Below are positions 16,767-27,822 of a stretch of 47,490 nt of DNA, piece after piece. The stretch comes from a bacterium (GTDB taxonomy: Bacteria > Patescibacteriota > Minisyncoccia > Phycocordibacterales > CAIZIN01), in NCBI GenBank assembly GCA_031409775.1, contig JANNXY010000041.1, forward strand, positions 1 to 47,490, given 5' to 3'. The notes beneath the pieces were generated by a model that was given only the letters and a program-made list of their open reading frames with translations, did no database searches and was not told where the DNA came from. Both the position numbers and the translations under genes were made by a program. Numbering within the stretch: position 1 is the stretch's first letter; each line of letters starts with the position of its first letter.

Positions 16767-19700
16767 ATGCATAAATCTATCAGTAAATCTTCTGGGGGCA
16801 GAGAGAAGAAGTTTTTCGGTAAATTCAAGAAGCCGTACATCGAGATCCCGAACCTAGTGATCGGTCAGAATAATTCATTCAAATGGTTACGTGAAAAGGG
16901 TCTAAATGACGTACTGTCTGAATTCACTGCTATCAAGGACTATTCCGGCAAGAAATTCGAGCTATCGTTTACAGACTTCACACTTGAAGATGCCAAATAC
17001 GATGAATGGCATGCCAAAGAAAACAAGCTGTCTTTCGAGGCATCGCTCAAGGTAAACGTGAGACTGGTAAACAAGATAGCTGGTACGACCAAGGAGCAAG
17101 AGATATTTATGGCTGACCTACCGCTCATGACGAGGAATGGTACATTTATAATAAACGGTATCGAGCGTGTGATCGTCCCACAGCTAGCTAGATCATTCGG
17201 TATTTTCTTTACCGAGAATGAAGTCCGTGGCAAGAGATACTTCGGTGCCAAGATAATCCCATCCCGTGGAACATGGATCGAAGTAGAAACCGAGTCAGAT
17301 GATGCAGTATATGTACGCATAGACAAGAACCGTAAATTCCCGATCACCACACTACTGCGCGCACTCGGTGCAGCGACAGATGACGATATCCTCGCACTGT
17401 TTGCAGGAGATCCAGAGGCCAAACACGGCATAGAGGTAACCCTGGCCAAAGATCCCGTCAAGACTCCGAACGATGCATATATAGAGATATACAAACGCCT
17501 AAGGGACGGCGACCTAGCTACAGTAGACAATGCGAGAGAGTTTGTTAAATCCATATTTGATGCAGAGAGATACGACCTACACCGCGTAGGACGATACAGA
17601 TTCAACAAACGTTTCGGCAAGTCACTCGAAGAAAAAGACCTCGAGAGATTCACTCTATCTGTAGACGACCTAGTCACCACTATTTCTCATTCGATCAAAC
17701 TCAACCACACTCCTGATGCTGTGCCAGACGATATCGACCATATGGGATCACGACGCGTCCGATATGTAGGAGAAATGCTCCAGGGCAAGATCCGTGTAGG
17801 TATGGCCCAGATGAAGCGCAATATTCAGAACCGCATGTCGACTATAGATACCGACGCGATACTGCCTGTGCAGTTCATCTCCCCACGGCCACTACAGGCT
17901 CGTATCAAAGAGTTTTTCACTACCAACCAGCTTTCACAATTCATGCAGCAGGAGAATGCTCTAGCCGAGCTCGAGCACATGAGGACCATATCTGCCCTAG
18001 GTCCCGGTGGACTATCACGTGAGCGCGCTGGGTTCGAAGTCCGCGATGTACATCCATCTCACTACGGCCGCGTATGTCCAATACATACTCCCGAGGGTCA
18101 GAACATCGGACTTATCCTCCGCCTATCAGCTTATGCTAGGACCAACGAGTTCGGCATGATCGAGACTCCGTATGTCAAGGTAAAGAATGGCAAGATCACT
18201 GGCGAAGTCGTATACATGAACGCTCTCGAAGAAGAGAAATACAACATTGCTCATGCATCTATCAACTACGACGATAAAGGCAATATAACAGACCAGGAAG
18301 TAGAGGTACGTCAGTCAGGCGGCAAGCCGGCGGTAGTTCCTGCTGCAGATGTTCACTATATGGACGTGGCTACGAACCAGCCATTTGCGATCACTACATC
18401 TATGATCCCGTTCCTCAACCACGATGACGCGAACCGCGCACTCATGGGATCCAACATGCAGAAACAGGCAGTGCCGTGTATCATCCCAGAAGCACCATAC
18501 GTGGCTACGGGTATTGAGGAGCGTGCTATCGAAGACACCGGACGTATCATCACATCAGATGCAGATGGTAGCGTATCCCGGGTAGATGCGCGTAGCATCA
18601 CCGTTACAGATACCAAAGGCAAAGACCACAAATACCCACTAGTACGATTCAGTAGAACCAACGGATTTACTTCATTCCACCAGCGCCCTACAGTTGACCT
18701 CGATCAGAAGGTCAAGAAAGGTGACCTACTAGCTGACATGTCGGTATCTGACCACGGCCAGATGTCACTCGGTCAGAACGTACTTGTAGCATTTATGACT
18801 TGGTCTGGATCCAACTACGAGGATGCGATCATTCTCTCAGAGAGACTGGTAAAGGAAAGTAAATTTACATCAATACACCTAGAAGAATTCGTAGTAAATG
18901 TTCGCGATACCAAACTAGGACCCGAAGTCACCACATGTGACATCCCTAACGTAGGTGAGCTCAAGCTAAAGAACCTCGATGCAGATGGAATCATTCGCGT
19001 TGGTGCAGAAGTTCGCGCAGGGGATATACTAGTGGGCAAAGTAACTCCAAAAGGGGAAACCCAGCTCACACCAGAAGAGAGATTGCTCCGATCAATATTT
19101 GGCGAGAAGGCCAAAGATGTGAAAGACACTTCCAAGCGCATGGAATCTGGTAAGCGTGGTCGTGTTATCGGTATCAAGGTATTTTCCAGAGAGCGTGGAG
19201 ACAAGCTAGAATCAGGAATTATCAAGAGAATTCATATTGAAATTGCACAGCTCCGCAACATATCAGTAGGAGACAAGCTAGCGGGACGTCACGGTAACAA
19301 AGGTGTAATCTCCCGTATTCTACCAGTCGAAGACATGCCATACATGGAAGACGGCACACCGATCGACATGATACTTACACCGCTTGGAGTACCGTCTCGT
19401 ATGAATCTCGGACAGATTCTCGAACTTCACCTAGGTATGGCTGCAGCGAAGCTCAACTACCAGGCTATCGTTCCACCGTTCGCAGGAGCAACAGATACCG
19501 AGATCAAGCAGGAGTTGGTCAAAGCGGGTCTCCCAGAAGACGGCAAGATACAGCTCTATGACGGTCGCGATGGACAGGCATTCCAGCAGAGGACAGCTGT
19601 AGGATACATGTACATCCTCAAACTACATCACATGGTAGAAGACAAGATTCACATGCGATCTATCGGACCGTACTCGCTCATCACCCAGCAGCCACTCGGA

Positions 19701-19997
19701 GGCAAGGCGCAAAACGGAGGTCAGAGGTTCGGAGAAATGGAGGTGTGGGCGCTTCTCGGTCATGGAGCAGCATATACACTACGAGAAATGCTTACTTATA
19801 AATCAGATGACATCGTAGGACGCAGCGAGGCATTTGACTCGATAGTCAAAGCAGAGAGGATCGAAGCTCCGAATGTCCCAGCATCATTCCATGTAGTGCT
19901 CAGCACTTTGCGAGGACTAGCACTCGATGTCGATTTGAAACGCGAAGGCCAAATAGTCGAAAGGTCAAAGAAAAAGCGCGAGGATTTCCAAAACTAA
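16767..19997 (+). CDS. rpoB: DNA-directed RNA polymerase subunit beta
   Basis: GTFIINGIERVIV, RAGFEVRDVHPSHYGR, GDKLAGRHGNKGV, GGQRFGEMEVWAL; start taken at MHKS. Confidence 0.99.
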   Translation: MHKSISKSSGGREKKFFGKFKKPYIEIPNLVIGQNNSFKWLREKGLNDVLSEFTAIKDYSGKKFELSFTDFTLEDAKYDEWHAKENKLSFEASLKVNVRLVNKIAGTTKEQEIFMADLPLMTRNGTFIINGIERVIVPQLARSFGIFFTENEVRGKRYFGAKIIPSRGTWIEVETESDDAVYVRIDKNRKFPITTLLRALGAATDDDILALFAGDPEAKHGIEVTLAKDPVKTPNDAYIEIYKRLRDGDLATVDNAREFVKSIFDAERYDLHRVGRYRFNKRFGKSLEEKDLERFTLSVDDLVTTISHSIKLNHTPDAVPDDIDHMGSRRVRYVGEMLQGKIRVGMAQMKRNIQNRMSTIDTDAILPVQFISPRPLQARIKEFFTTNQLSQFMQQENALAELEHMRTISALGPGGLSRERAGFEVRDVHPSHYGRVCPIHTPEGQNIGLILRLSAYARTNEFGMIETPYVKVKNGKITGEVVYMNALEEEKYNIAHASINYDDKGNITDQEVEVRQSGGKPAVVPAADVHYMDVATNQPFAITTSMIPFLNHDDANRALMGSNMQKQAVPCIIPEAPYVATGIEERAIEDTGRIITSDADGSVSRVDARSITVTDTKGKDHKYPLVRFSRTNGFTSFHQRPTVDLDQKVKKGDLLADMSVSDHGQMSLGQNVLVAFMTWSGSNYEDAIILSERLVKESKFTSIHLEEFVVNVRDTKLGPEVTTCDIPNVGELKLKNLDADGIIRVGAEVRAGDILVGKVTPKGETQLTPEERLLRSIFGEKAKDVKDTSKRMESGKRGRVIGIKVFSRERGDKLESGIIKRIHIEIAQLRNISVGDKLAGRHGNKGVISRILPVEDMPYMEDGTPIDMILTPLGVPSRMNLGQILELHLGMAAAKLNYQAIVPPFAGATDTEIKQELVKAGLPEDGKIQLYDGRDGQAFQQRTAVGYMYILKLHHMVEDKIHMRSIGPYSLITQQPLGGKAQNGGQRFGEMEVWALLGHGAAYTLREMLTYKSDDIVGRSEAFDSIVKAERIEAPNVPASFHVVLSTLRGLALDVDLKREGQIVERSKKKREDFQN

Positions 19998-20009
19998 TAA
20001 TATAATTAT

Positions 20010-23000
20010 ATGAGCATGAAAAACACAATCAAAGATCTAAACGATTTCGACTCCATCTCACTCAAAGTGGCTTCACCTGAGCGAATACTCGAATGGTCAT
20101 ACGGAGAAGTCACCAAACCAGAAACGATGAACTACCGAACTCAGCGTAGCGAGAAGAACGGCCTATTTGACGAGAAAATATTTGGACCTGATAAAGACTA
20201 TGAATGTTACTGTGGCAAATACCGTGGCATCAGGTACAAGGGAATTCTTTGTGAGAAATGTGGAGTAGAAATCACACGTTCTATAGTACGCAGAGAGCGT
20301 ATGGGACATATTGGGCTCGCTACACCCGTCGCGCACATCTGGTTCCTACGAAGCATGCCTTCTAGACTCGGACTAATCCTCGGCATGTCAGGAGGGGACT
20401 TGGAGAAAGTAGTTTACTTTGCTGGGTACCTCATCACGGAGGTATTCGAAGACGAGCGTACACGATTCCTCGCAGACCTAGACTCAGAATACAAGTCAAA
20501 GGTAAAATCACTTCAGGACGAGAAGACCAAAGACGCTATCAAAGACCTCCTCCTCGAAACGAGGAAAGAGATAGAGAGCATCCAACAAGGGGTTGTACTA
20601 GACGAAGTCCAGTATCATAAATATTCACTAAAGTACGGCACGCTATTTGATGCATCTATCGGAGCAGAAGCTCTGTACAGGATCTGCAAGAGTCTCAACC
20701 TCGCAGAATTGCTAGGGAACCTCGAAGCTTCGGTAGACAAGTCCACAGCAGGAGAGAGAGACAAATTGAACAAGAGAATAGGACTTATCAAGTCGATGCT
20801 TTCATCAGGTGTTCGCCCAGAGTGGATGTTCCTCACACAGCTACCAGTTATCCCAGCCGGACTAAGACCGATGGTAACACTCGAAGGTGGACGTCATGCT
20901 ACATCAGATGTAAACGACCTCTACCGCCGTGTGATCAACAGAAACAACCGCTTGAAGAAGCTTATTGAAATCCATGCACCAGACGTGATCCTACGTAACG
21001 AGAAGAGAATCCTACAGGAAGCCGTAGATGCTCTAGTCGACAACTCTATGAGACAGGGTGCTGCAGCAACCGCAGGAGCCAACCCCCTACAGCGTCGACC
21101 GCTCAAGTCACTCGCAGATAACCTCAAGGGCAAGCGAGGACTGTTCCGCGGAAACCTCCTAGGAAAGCGAGTAGACTATTCTGGACGTTCCGTGATCGTC
21201 GTGGGTCCTACTCTGGCGCTTGACCAGTGTGGTCTTCCGAAGCATATGGCTCTAGAATTATTCAAGCCATTTGTAATATCAGGACTTCTCCAGCGAGAGT
21301 TGGCATTCAACATCCGCGGAGCTACCAGACTGATCGAAGATTCTGTCCCGGAAGTTTGGGAGATACTCGAAGAAGCGATCCAGGGCAAATACGTATTGCT
21401 CAACCGTGCTCCTACACTTCACAGACTTGGTATACAGGCATTTCGACCGACCCTTATCGAAGGCGATGCTATCCAGGTTCACCCACTCGTATGTACTGCG
21501 TTCAACGCGGACTTCGACGGAGACCAGATGGCAGTACATGTACCACTATCAGAGGAGGCACAGCTAGAAGCACGAGAAGTAATGGCAGCGGATAAAAACG
21601 TACTTAAACCAGGAAACGGAGATCCGACAGTTGTAGCTAAGCTTCTCGATATCGTACTCGGATGTTTCTGGATGACCAAGACACTAGTAGGTGAGAAGGG
21701 TGAAGGCAAGATATTTGCATCACCGAACGAAGCTATCACTGCATTGGATTTCGGTGTGGTTAGCCCTCGTGCCAAGATCAAGGTTCTCGGAACTGACGAG
21801 AGTCGCTATGCCAAGTTCGAAGGCAGGCCGTTCGAGACATCAGTAGGTAGGCTCCTGTTCAACACTGTACTCCCAGAAGACTATCCATTTATCAATGATG
21901 AATTGGATAAAAAACGCATGGGTGTGCTCGTCGACGACATGATATCTATATACGGTGTGAACAAAATTGCTATCATTCTAGACCGTATTAAACATTTCGG
22001 ATTTACTTACGCTACATACGCAGGTATCACATGGGGAATCGACGATGTAGTAGATCCCGAAGAGAAGCAGGAGATCATTGCGAATGCAAAGAAAGAAGCC
22101 GGAACCATCGTAGAACAGTATAGCGAAGGTCTGCTGTCGAACGAAGAGCGATTCCGCAAAGTGATCGAAATCTGGCAAGAAGCCAAGGCTAAAATCGAGT
22201 CAGTGATGGAGAAGGCGTTCAAGGTCCACGGTCCTGTATACGACATGGTGAAATCCGGTGCTAGAGGATCTCTAGGTAACATCACCCAGATGGCGGGTAT
22301 CAAAGGTCTCATTCAGAACACTGCTGGCGAGACTATCGAGTTCCCGATCCTATCTGCCTACAAAGGCGGTCTAACTCCTATCGAGTATTTCATTACTACC
22401 CACGGTGCCCGCAAAGGTATGACAGACACAGCGCTCAACACAGCCAAGGCCGGTTACCTAACCCGCAAACTATTCTCTGTAGCACAGGACGTGACTATTT
22501 CTTCCAAAGATTGTAACACCAAAGAGTTCGTGGTTATCTCAGCTGATAGTGACTCAGGAATCGCAATCCCTATTTCCAAGAAAATCCGCGGTAGAATAAT
22601 AGCTGAAGCTGTCAAAGACGTCAGTGGCAAGACATTGTTCGAGAAAGGTCATCTGATTTCCAAGCTCGATGCCAAGGCTATCGAGGATGCCGGGGTCAAG
22701 GATGTCCATGTCCGATCTCCACTAACTTGTAAAATGCATCAGGGAATCTGCTCTATGTGTTACGGACTAGATCTTGGCAAAAACAAACTTGTTGATCTAG
22801 GAGAAGCCGTAGGAACTGTTGCCGCACAAGCTATCGGTGAACCAGGTACCCAGCTCACTATGCGTACATTCCACGCTGGAGGAGTAGCAGCGGTAGGAGG
22901 AGACATCACATCTGGGCTACCCCGAGTAGAGGAGGTATTCGAGAAGCGTATGCCCAAGAACCCCGCAGTAGTGAGCAAGACTGCAGGTGAAGTAACAGAA

Positions 23001-23705
23001 GTAAAAACTCACGGCAAAGAAAAAATCATCAAGATTCTTTCTGATGTTGGAGACAAATCTCTAAAGGCCAAAGACGCCGAGATCGAATACTCATTCCATT
23101 TCAAACGCACACCTCTTGTCCGTGTAGGAGACAGGGTAGAGAAAGGTCAGATCATTACCGATGGTTCTGCTTCAATAGACGATGTGTTCAAGTATGGAGG
23201 CAAGGAAAAGGCTCAGAACTACATCATCACAGAGGTAAACAAGCTCTATGAACTACAGGGAGAGACCGTATCTAGAAAGCACATCGAAGTTATCGTGCAC
23301 CAGATGTTTAGTCCCCTAAAGATAAAGAACGCAGGGGATACATTGTTCTCTGTAGGTGACATGATAACCAAAGGTGATCTAGAGAGAGTAAACGCTCGAC
23401 TACGTGCCGATGACAAAGAAGTTGCATCAGGCGAGCCTGCAGTACTTGGTATCACCGAGGTGTCACTATCTCGGAGGAGCTTCCTATCTGCTGCATCATT
23501 CCAGCATACAAACCGTGTTCTCATCCAGGCAGCTGTTCGCGGAAGTATCGAGGAGCTGTCAGGACTCAAAGAAAACGTAATCATTGGTCGTCTCATCCCA
23601 GCTGGTACAGGATTCGAAGGAAGTGAGAAACACAAGATGATAAAGACTCTGCAGGACTCACTCAAGCCATTTGAAAATAACTGGGAAGAAACTGAAAGAT
23701 CATAA
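20010..23705 (+). CDS. rpoC: DNA-directed RNA polymerase subunit beta'
   Basis: NADFDGD catalytic motif, Zn finger CYCGKY...CEKCG, GEPGTQLTMRTFH. Confidence 0.99.
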   Translation: MSMKNTIKDLNDFDSISLKVASPERILEWSYGEVTKPETMNYRTQRSEKNGLFDEKIFGPDKDYECYCGKYRGIRYKGILCEKCGVEITRSIVRRERMGHIGLATPVAHIWFLRSMPSRLGLILGMSGGDLEKVVYFAGYLITEVFEDERTRFLADLDSEYKSKVKSLQDEKTKDAIKDLLLETRKEIESIQQGVVLDEVQYHKYSLKYGTLFDASIGAEALYRICKSLNLAELLGNLEASVDKSTAGERDKLNKRIGLIKSMLSSGVRPEWMFLTQLPVIPAGLRPMVTLEGGRHATSDVNDLYRRVINRNNRLKKLIEIHAPDVILRNEKRILQEAVDALVDNSMRQGAAATAGANPLQRRPLKSLADNLKGKRGLFRGNLLGKRVDYSGRSVIVVGPTLALDQCGLPKHMALELFKPFVISGLLQRELAFNIRGATRLIEDSVPEVWEILEEAIQGKYVLLNRAPTLHRLGIQAFRPTLIEGDAIQVHPLVCTAFNADFDGDQMAVHVPLSEEAQLEAREVMAADKNVLKPGNGDPTVVAKLLDIVLGCFWMTKTLVGEKGEGKIFASPNEAITALDFGVVSPRAKIKVLGTDESRYAKFEGRPFETSVGRLLFNTVLPEDYPFINDELDKKRMGVLVDDMISIYGVNKIAIILDRIKHFGFTYATYAGITWGIDDVVDPEEKQEIIANAKKEAGTIVEQYSEGLLSNEERFRKVIEIWQEAKAKIESVMEKAFKVHGPVYDMVKSGARGSLGNITQMAGIKGLIQNTAGETIEFPILSAYKGGLTPIEYFITTHGARKGMTDTALNTAKAGYLTRKLFSVAQDVTISSKDCNTKEFVVISADSDSGIAIPISKKIRGRIIAEAVKDVSGKTLFEKGHLISKLDAKAIEDAGVKDVHVRSPLTCKMHQGICSMCYGLDLGKNKLVDLGEAVGTVAAQAIGEPGTQLTMRTFHAGGVAAVGGDITSGLPRVEEVFEKRMPKNPAVVSKTAGEVTEVKTHGKEKIIKILSDVGDKSLKAKDAEIEYSFHFKRTPLVRVGDRVEKGQIITDGSASIDDVFKYGGKEKAQNYIITEVNKLYELQGETVSRKHIEVIVHQMFSPLKIKNAGDTLFSVGDMITKGDLERVNARLRADDKEVASGEPAVLGITEVSLSRRSFLSAASFQHTNRVLIQAAVRGSIEELSGLKENVIIGRLIPAGTGFEGSEKHKMIKTLQDSLKPFENNWEETERS

Positions 23706-23711
23706 CCATCC

Positions 23712-25418
23712 ATGGATTCACCAGTAGACCAGATCAAATCGCGTCTGCCAATACAGGAATGCATAGGGGGTTACATTACACTAGAGAAGTCGGGCGCAAA
23801 TTGGAAAGCAAGGTGTCCTTTTCATAATGAAAGAACGCCTTCTTTCTACGTGTCTGCTGATAGGGGTAGCTACTATTGCTTCGGCTGTGGTGCCAAAGGT
23901 GATGTATTCAGCTTTGTCCAAGCATTCGAGGGACTAGATTTCGTCGGGGCGCTCAAACTTCTCGCGGAGAAGACTGGTGTTCAGCTCAAGTCTGAGTCGT
24001 ATAGTCATCTGTCCAACAAGGATCGTCAGTGGAAGATTCTGGAATCAGCTACAGCATATTATGAGAAAGTTCTGGAGAAATCAGATGAAGCTAGAAACTA
24101 CTTGCTCGCGAGAGGGCTCACAGAGCATACTATGAAATCTTGGCGAATAGGATATGCACGAGACGCATGGAGAGATATGTATGAGTTTCTGGTACACAAG
24201 GGTGTCTCCAAAGAAGAGATGATATCGGTTGGACTGGTCAAGGAAGGTGACAAAGGAACCGTATATGACAGGTTCCGTGACAGAATAATGTTTCCTATAT
24301 TTGATGGGTCAGGTAGAGTGGTTGGATTCTCTGGTAGGATTCTCCACGACACCCTAGGTGCAGCCAAATACCTGAATTCACCAGAGACAGAATTATTCAA
24401 AAAGTCCGAGATACTCTACGGTCTCGACAGAGCCAAGGCAAGCATCAGAAGCGAAGGTAGAGCAATCCTCGTCGAGGGTCAGATGGATCTACTGATGTGT
24501 CACCAATCAGGGATCACGAGCGCCATTGCGACATCTGGGACCGCGCTTACGAGTCAGCACCTAGACCTGCTCAAGCGCTTCGCATCGGGGGTTATACTAT
24601 GCTTTGACAATGACAAAGCAGGGCTCAGTGCTTCCAAACGTGCATTCCAGATCGCTCTAGAGAAAGATCTAGAAGTCTCTATAGCTAGTCTAGATGCAGG
24701 CAAAGACCCAGCAGAAATATTGCAGTCAGATCCCAAAGGTCTCTCGCAGGCATTAGAAAACTCTAAACATATAATAGAAGTTGTGTTGGATAGTATAGTA
24801 GAGCAGAACATAGACCCCAAGACCCGTGCAGAGGCCGTTTCTAAAAACCTTGTACCACTAGTAGCCTCAATAAGCAAAGCGATAGAGAGGGGTCACTTTG
24901 TCTCGATGATAGCACACATGCTAAATGTAAAGGAAGACGCGATCTGGGAGGATATCAAGTCAATAAAGCGCGATATATATCCGTCCCGCACAAGTCTAAA
25001 TACTACCCTTGCAAAAAAGTCCAGATACGATATTATTATAGATCAAATATGGTCGCTTCAACTATATATAGAAGCCAAAGACCACGTACAAGCGCAAAGC
25101 GCAAAAGACAAAATCAAAAAAATATTAGGCGAAGAATCTTTCCAAGCTATTGCGGAAGCAAGGCAAGGTAGGAAAGATGAACTCATGTTTCAGGCGGAAA
25201 TGTATTATGCAGGCAAGGATTCATTCAAAGAATCAGATGATTTAATCAGAGAACTGGACTTGGAGATATCCAAGGCCGTCTTTGCTAATTGTATAGAGGA
25301 ACTAGCAAGGGCAGAGAAGTTGGAGGACAAACCTCTGGTGGAGAAACTTCTAGCAGAATGTAACAAGCTTACCATTCATATCAATAATTTAAAAACAGGT
25401 TACAAGAGTGATATTTAA
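23712..25418 (+). CDS. dnaG: DNA primase
   Basis: CPFHNERTPSF...CFGCG Zn finger, DRFRDRIMFPI, KYLNSPET, VEGQMD, CFDNDKAG, KDP. Confidence 0.98.
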   Translation: MDSPVDQIKSRLPIQECIGGYITLEKSGANWKARCPFHNERTPSFYVSADRGSYYCFGCGAKGDVFSFVQAFEGLDFVGALKLLAEKTGVQLKSESYSHLSNKDRQWKILESATAYYEKVLEKSDEARNYLLARGLTEHTMKSWRIGYARDAWRDMYEFLVHKGVSKEEMISVGLVKEGDKGTVYDRFRDRIMFPIFDGSGRVVGFSGRILHDTLGAAKYLNSPETELFKKSEILYGLDRAKASIRSEGRAILVEGQMDLLMCHQSGITSAIATSGTALTSQHLDLLKRFASGVILCFDNDKAGLSASKRAFQIALEKDLEVSIASLDAGKDPAEILQSDPKGLSQALENSKHIIEVVLDSIVEQNIDPKTRAEAVSKNLVPLVASISKAIERGHFVSMIAHMLNVKEDAIWEDIKSIKRDIYPSRTSLNTTLAKKSRYDIIIDQIWSLQLYIEAKDHVQAQSAKDKIKKILGEESFQAIAEARQGRKDELMFQAEMYYAGKDSFKESDDLIRELDLEISKAVFANCIEELARAEKLEDKPLVEKLLAECNKLTIHINNLKTGYKSDI

Positions 25419-25427
25419 TATAAAATT

Positions 25428-26675
25428 ATGCCAAAATCAAAACCAACAAAGAAAAAGTCAAAATCTGTATCAAAGAAGCCCAAGCCCAAACCAACAAAGA
25501 AGCATAAACCTATAGCCAAGAAAAAGCCTGTCGCAAAGAAGCCTGCAACCAAATCCGTTGCCAAACGTCCTACAGTGACCAAACGCACTGCCAAATCCGA
25601 TGATCAGGATCGCAGAGCAGAGAGGCTGGCTATAAAAGGTAAAGAAAGAGGATTCGTCACTTATGATGAGATTCTCCGCGAATTCCCAACTATAGAAGAA
25701 GACATTCTATTCCTAGATTCACTTTATGAGAAGCTCCAGGGAGCGGGGATCGATATTCTAGAGGGAGGGGGACTCCTAGACATCAAGTCAGAAACAGAAG
25801 ATGTGAAGCATTATTCATATGGAGGCCGCTCTAGTGACTCGTCATACGACTCTATACAGATGTACCTACGCGAGATCGGTCAGTATCCACTTATTCATGC
25901 TCACGAAGAGAAAGAGCTCGCCAAGCGAATACTCGCAGGTGATGACGAAGCGAAGAACCTGCTCGCCAAGGCGAACCTGCGTCTAGTTGTTTCTATTGCC
26001 AAGAAATACGTAGGTCGCAGCCCTGACCTAACACTACTTGACCTCATACAGGAGGGTAATCTGGGACTATTTAAAGCAGTAGACAAATTTGACTGGACCA
26101 AAGGTTTCAAATTCTCTACCTATGCTACATGGTGGATCCGCCAGGCCATCACTCGTGCTCTCGCTGACCAGAGTCGTACTATCCGCGTACCAGTTCATAT
26201 GGTAGAGACTATTGCCAAATACAAACAAGTTGTAAGGAGACTTAGTCAGGACCTCGGTCGTGATCCACTACCAGACGAGATCGCTGTAGAGATGGGACTA
26301 GATGTAGAGAAAGTCTACATGATCGAGAAGATCGATCAGACTACTATATCACTAGAGAGTCCAGTAGGTGAGGATAGTGACGATGGGAAGTCACAGCTCG
26401 GTGACTTCATCGCCGATGACAAAATCCTTTCCCCAGATCAGGAATCATCTCGCCGTATACTATCTGACCAGGTCCGCGAGATCCTCGATGATCTATCGGA
26501 GAAAGAAAGGAGAATCCTAGAAATGCGACACGGACTCACCGATGGCGTTCAGCATACACTCGAAGAAGTAGGCAAGAAATTCGGAGTCACTCGCGAACGC
26601 ATCCGCCAGATCGAAGCCAAAGCTCATGAGAAGATCAGATCCCATGACAAGAGTAATAGGTTGAAGAATTATTAA
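25428..26675 (+). CDS. rpoD: Primary sigma-70 factor with Lys/Pro-rich N-terminal extension
   Basis: [61 protein letters not shown]; follows dnaG. Confidence 0.96.
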   Translation: MPKSKPTKKKSKSVSKKPKPKPTKKHKPIAKKKPVAKKPATKSVAKRPTVTKRTAKSDDQDRRAERLAIKGKERGFVTYDEILREFPTIEEDILFLDSLYEKLQGAGIDILEGGGLLDIKSETEDVKHYSYGGRSSDSSYDSIQMYLREIGQYPLIHAHEEKELAKRILAGDDEAKNLLAKANLRLVVSIAKKYVGRSPDLTLLDLIQEGNLGLFKAVDKFDWTKGFKFSTYATWWIRQAITRALADQSRTIRVPVHMVETIAKYKQVVRRLSQDLGRDPLPDEIAVEMGLDVEKVYMIEKIDQTTISLESPVGEDSDDGKSQLGDFIADDKILSPDQESSRRILSDQVREILDDLSEKERRILEMRHGLTDGVQHTLEEVGKKFGVTRERIRQIEAKAHEKIRSHDKSNRLKNY

Positions 26676-26769
26676 CACCCTCCGCCCTCGTACCTCGGGC
26701 ACCTCCCTCGAGGGAGGAATTAATTCTCCTTTTGAAGGGAGCACTGCCTTCTGAGGCAGGAGGGATGTT
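26674..26769. repeat. REP-like composite palindromic element after rpoD
   Basis: Outer AACACCCTCC...GGAGGGATGTT with inner hairpins CCTCCCTCGAGGGAGG, CTCCTTTTGAAGGGAG and CTGCCTTCTGAGGCAG. Confidence 0.6.
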
Positions 26770-26780
26770 TGAAATAAAAG

Positions 26781-26819
26781 AAAACCCCGCCGCCTGCAAT
26801 GCAAGCGACGGGGGGATTT
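26781..26819 (-). terminator. Probable terminator between convergent genes
   Basis: GC-rich imperfect stem CCCCGCCGC...GCGACGGGG preceded by an A-run (U-tract on the minus strand). Confidence 0.55.
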
Positions 26820-26828
26820 GCTAAATGT

Positions 26829-27044
26829 TTACTTTGTTGCTAATTGCTTCTTTGGTCCCTCAAGTCCAGAGATGATGCATCCAAGTAAGACGAATGCCAT
26901 CTCGAGCGAGAGGAAGAACTGACGAGATTCGATGCCGGCGAAATGCGTAGTTCTGGTGACAAAATAGTAAGGCACCAAGATCACATACGACATTACGACA
27001 ACAATAATCAACAAAACGCACAAGGACTGACAGAACGATTTCAT
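26829..27044 (-). CDS. Small membrane protein, unknown function
   Basis: 71 aa, two hydrophobic helices; TATACT 6 nt before the ATG on the minus strand. Confidence 0.55.
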   Translation of the reverse strand: MKSFCQSLCVLLIIVVVMSYVILVPYYFVTRTTHFAGIESRQFFLSLEMAFVLLGCIISGLEGPKKQLATK

Positions 27045-27124
27045 GGATATAGTATACTACACATAAACCCATTTTGTCAACCCACTAATAAAACCTTATG
27101 AAATAAGCTAGAATAGAGGGAATT

Positions 27125-27751
27125 ATGTATATATTTATGGATGAAAGCGGGGATATGGGATTTAGTCATAAATCAAGCAAATGGTTTCTATTTACGCTAG
27201 TTATAGTGGACAATGAAAAAGTTTTGGGAAGTATCGTGAAGAAAATATGGAAGGCGATATATAAAAAGCATAAGCATGTGGGAGAATTGCACGCTTCCCA
27301 CGAGAAGGATATTACTAGAACGAGAATGCTTCAAAAGTTAGCCGGGATTGAAAATCTTAAAATTGTTACAATTATTCTGAATAAAACAAAAGTTCACGTA
27401 GATTTGAGAAACCAAAAAAATTATTTATACAATTATACTGCAAATATTATTCTAGATCGTCTGATCAATACTAAGATTATCGATAAAGACGAGGAGATTT
27501 CACTCATTGTTGATAGGAAGGATACAAAGAAGAATCTAAGGGAAAATTTCATTTCCTATATTACTAATGCCATGCACAAGCGCAATCACAAGAAGTTTAA
27601 AATGACCCTGGTAGCATCACACGAAGATAAATGTCTTCAAGCTGTGGACTTTATTTCATGGGCAATTTTTAGAAAATACGAGAAAGGGGATTTCGAATTT
27701 TATGAAATAATAAAGAATCAAATCATTGATGAAAAGCTTCTTTTTCCATAA
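27125..27751 (+). CDS. DUF3800-family protein (RNase H-like fold)
   Basis: N-terminal YIFMDESG and C-terminal LQAVDFISW (QxxD) motifs; AT-richer than its neighbours. Confidence 0.85.
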   Translation: MYIFMDESGDMGFSHKSSKWFLFTLVIVDNEKVLGSIVKKIWKAIYKKHKHVGELHASHEKDITRTRMLQKLAGIENLKIVTIILNKTKVHVDLRNQKNYLYNYTANIILDRLINTKIIDKDEEISLIVDRKDTKKNLRENFISYITNAMHKRNHKKFKMTLVASHEDKCLQAVDFISWAIFRKYEKGDFEFYEIIKNQIIDEKLLFP

Positions 27752-27816
27752 AAGAAAGCCTCTTGCTTTAACGGGTTACCATCCGGTAACCCAACGCAAG
27801 AGGTCTTACTTCTTAT
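27750..27816 (-). ncRNA. Candidate DUF3800-associated small structured RNA, convergent with the gene
   Basis: Nested stems CCTCTTGC/GCAAGAGG and GGGTTACC/GGTAACCC; has its own minus-strand promoter and ends in UUUCUUUU. Confidence 0.65.
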
Positions 27817-27822
27817 GCGATT

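Noticed and set aside
6325-23764. Long antisense ORFs (e.g. 6325-7197, 8596-9255, 16940-17680, 23246-23764)
   Set aside because: Ser-rich shadow frames opposite well-supported genes
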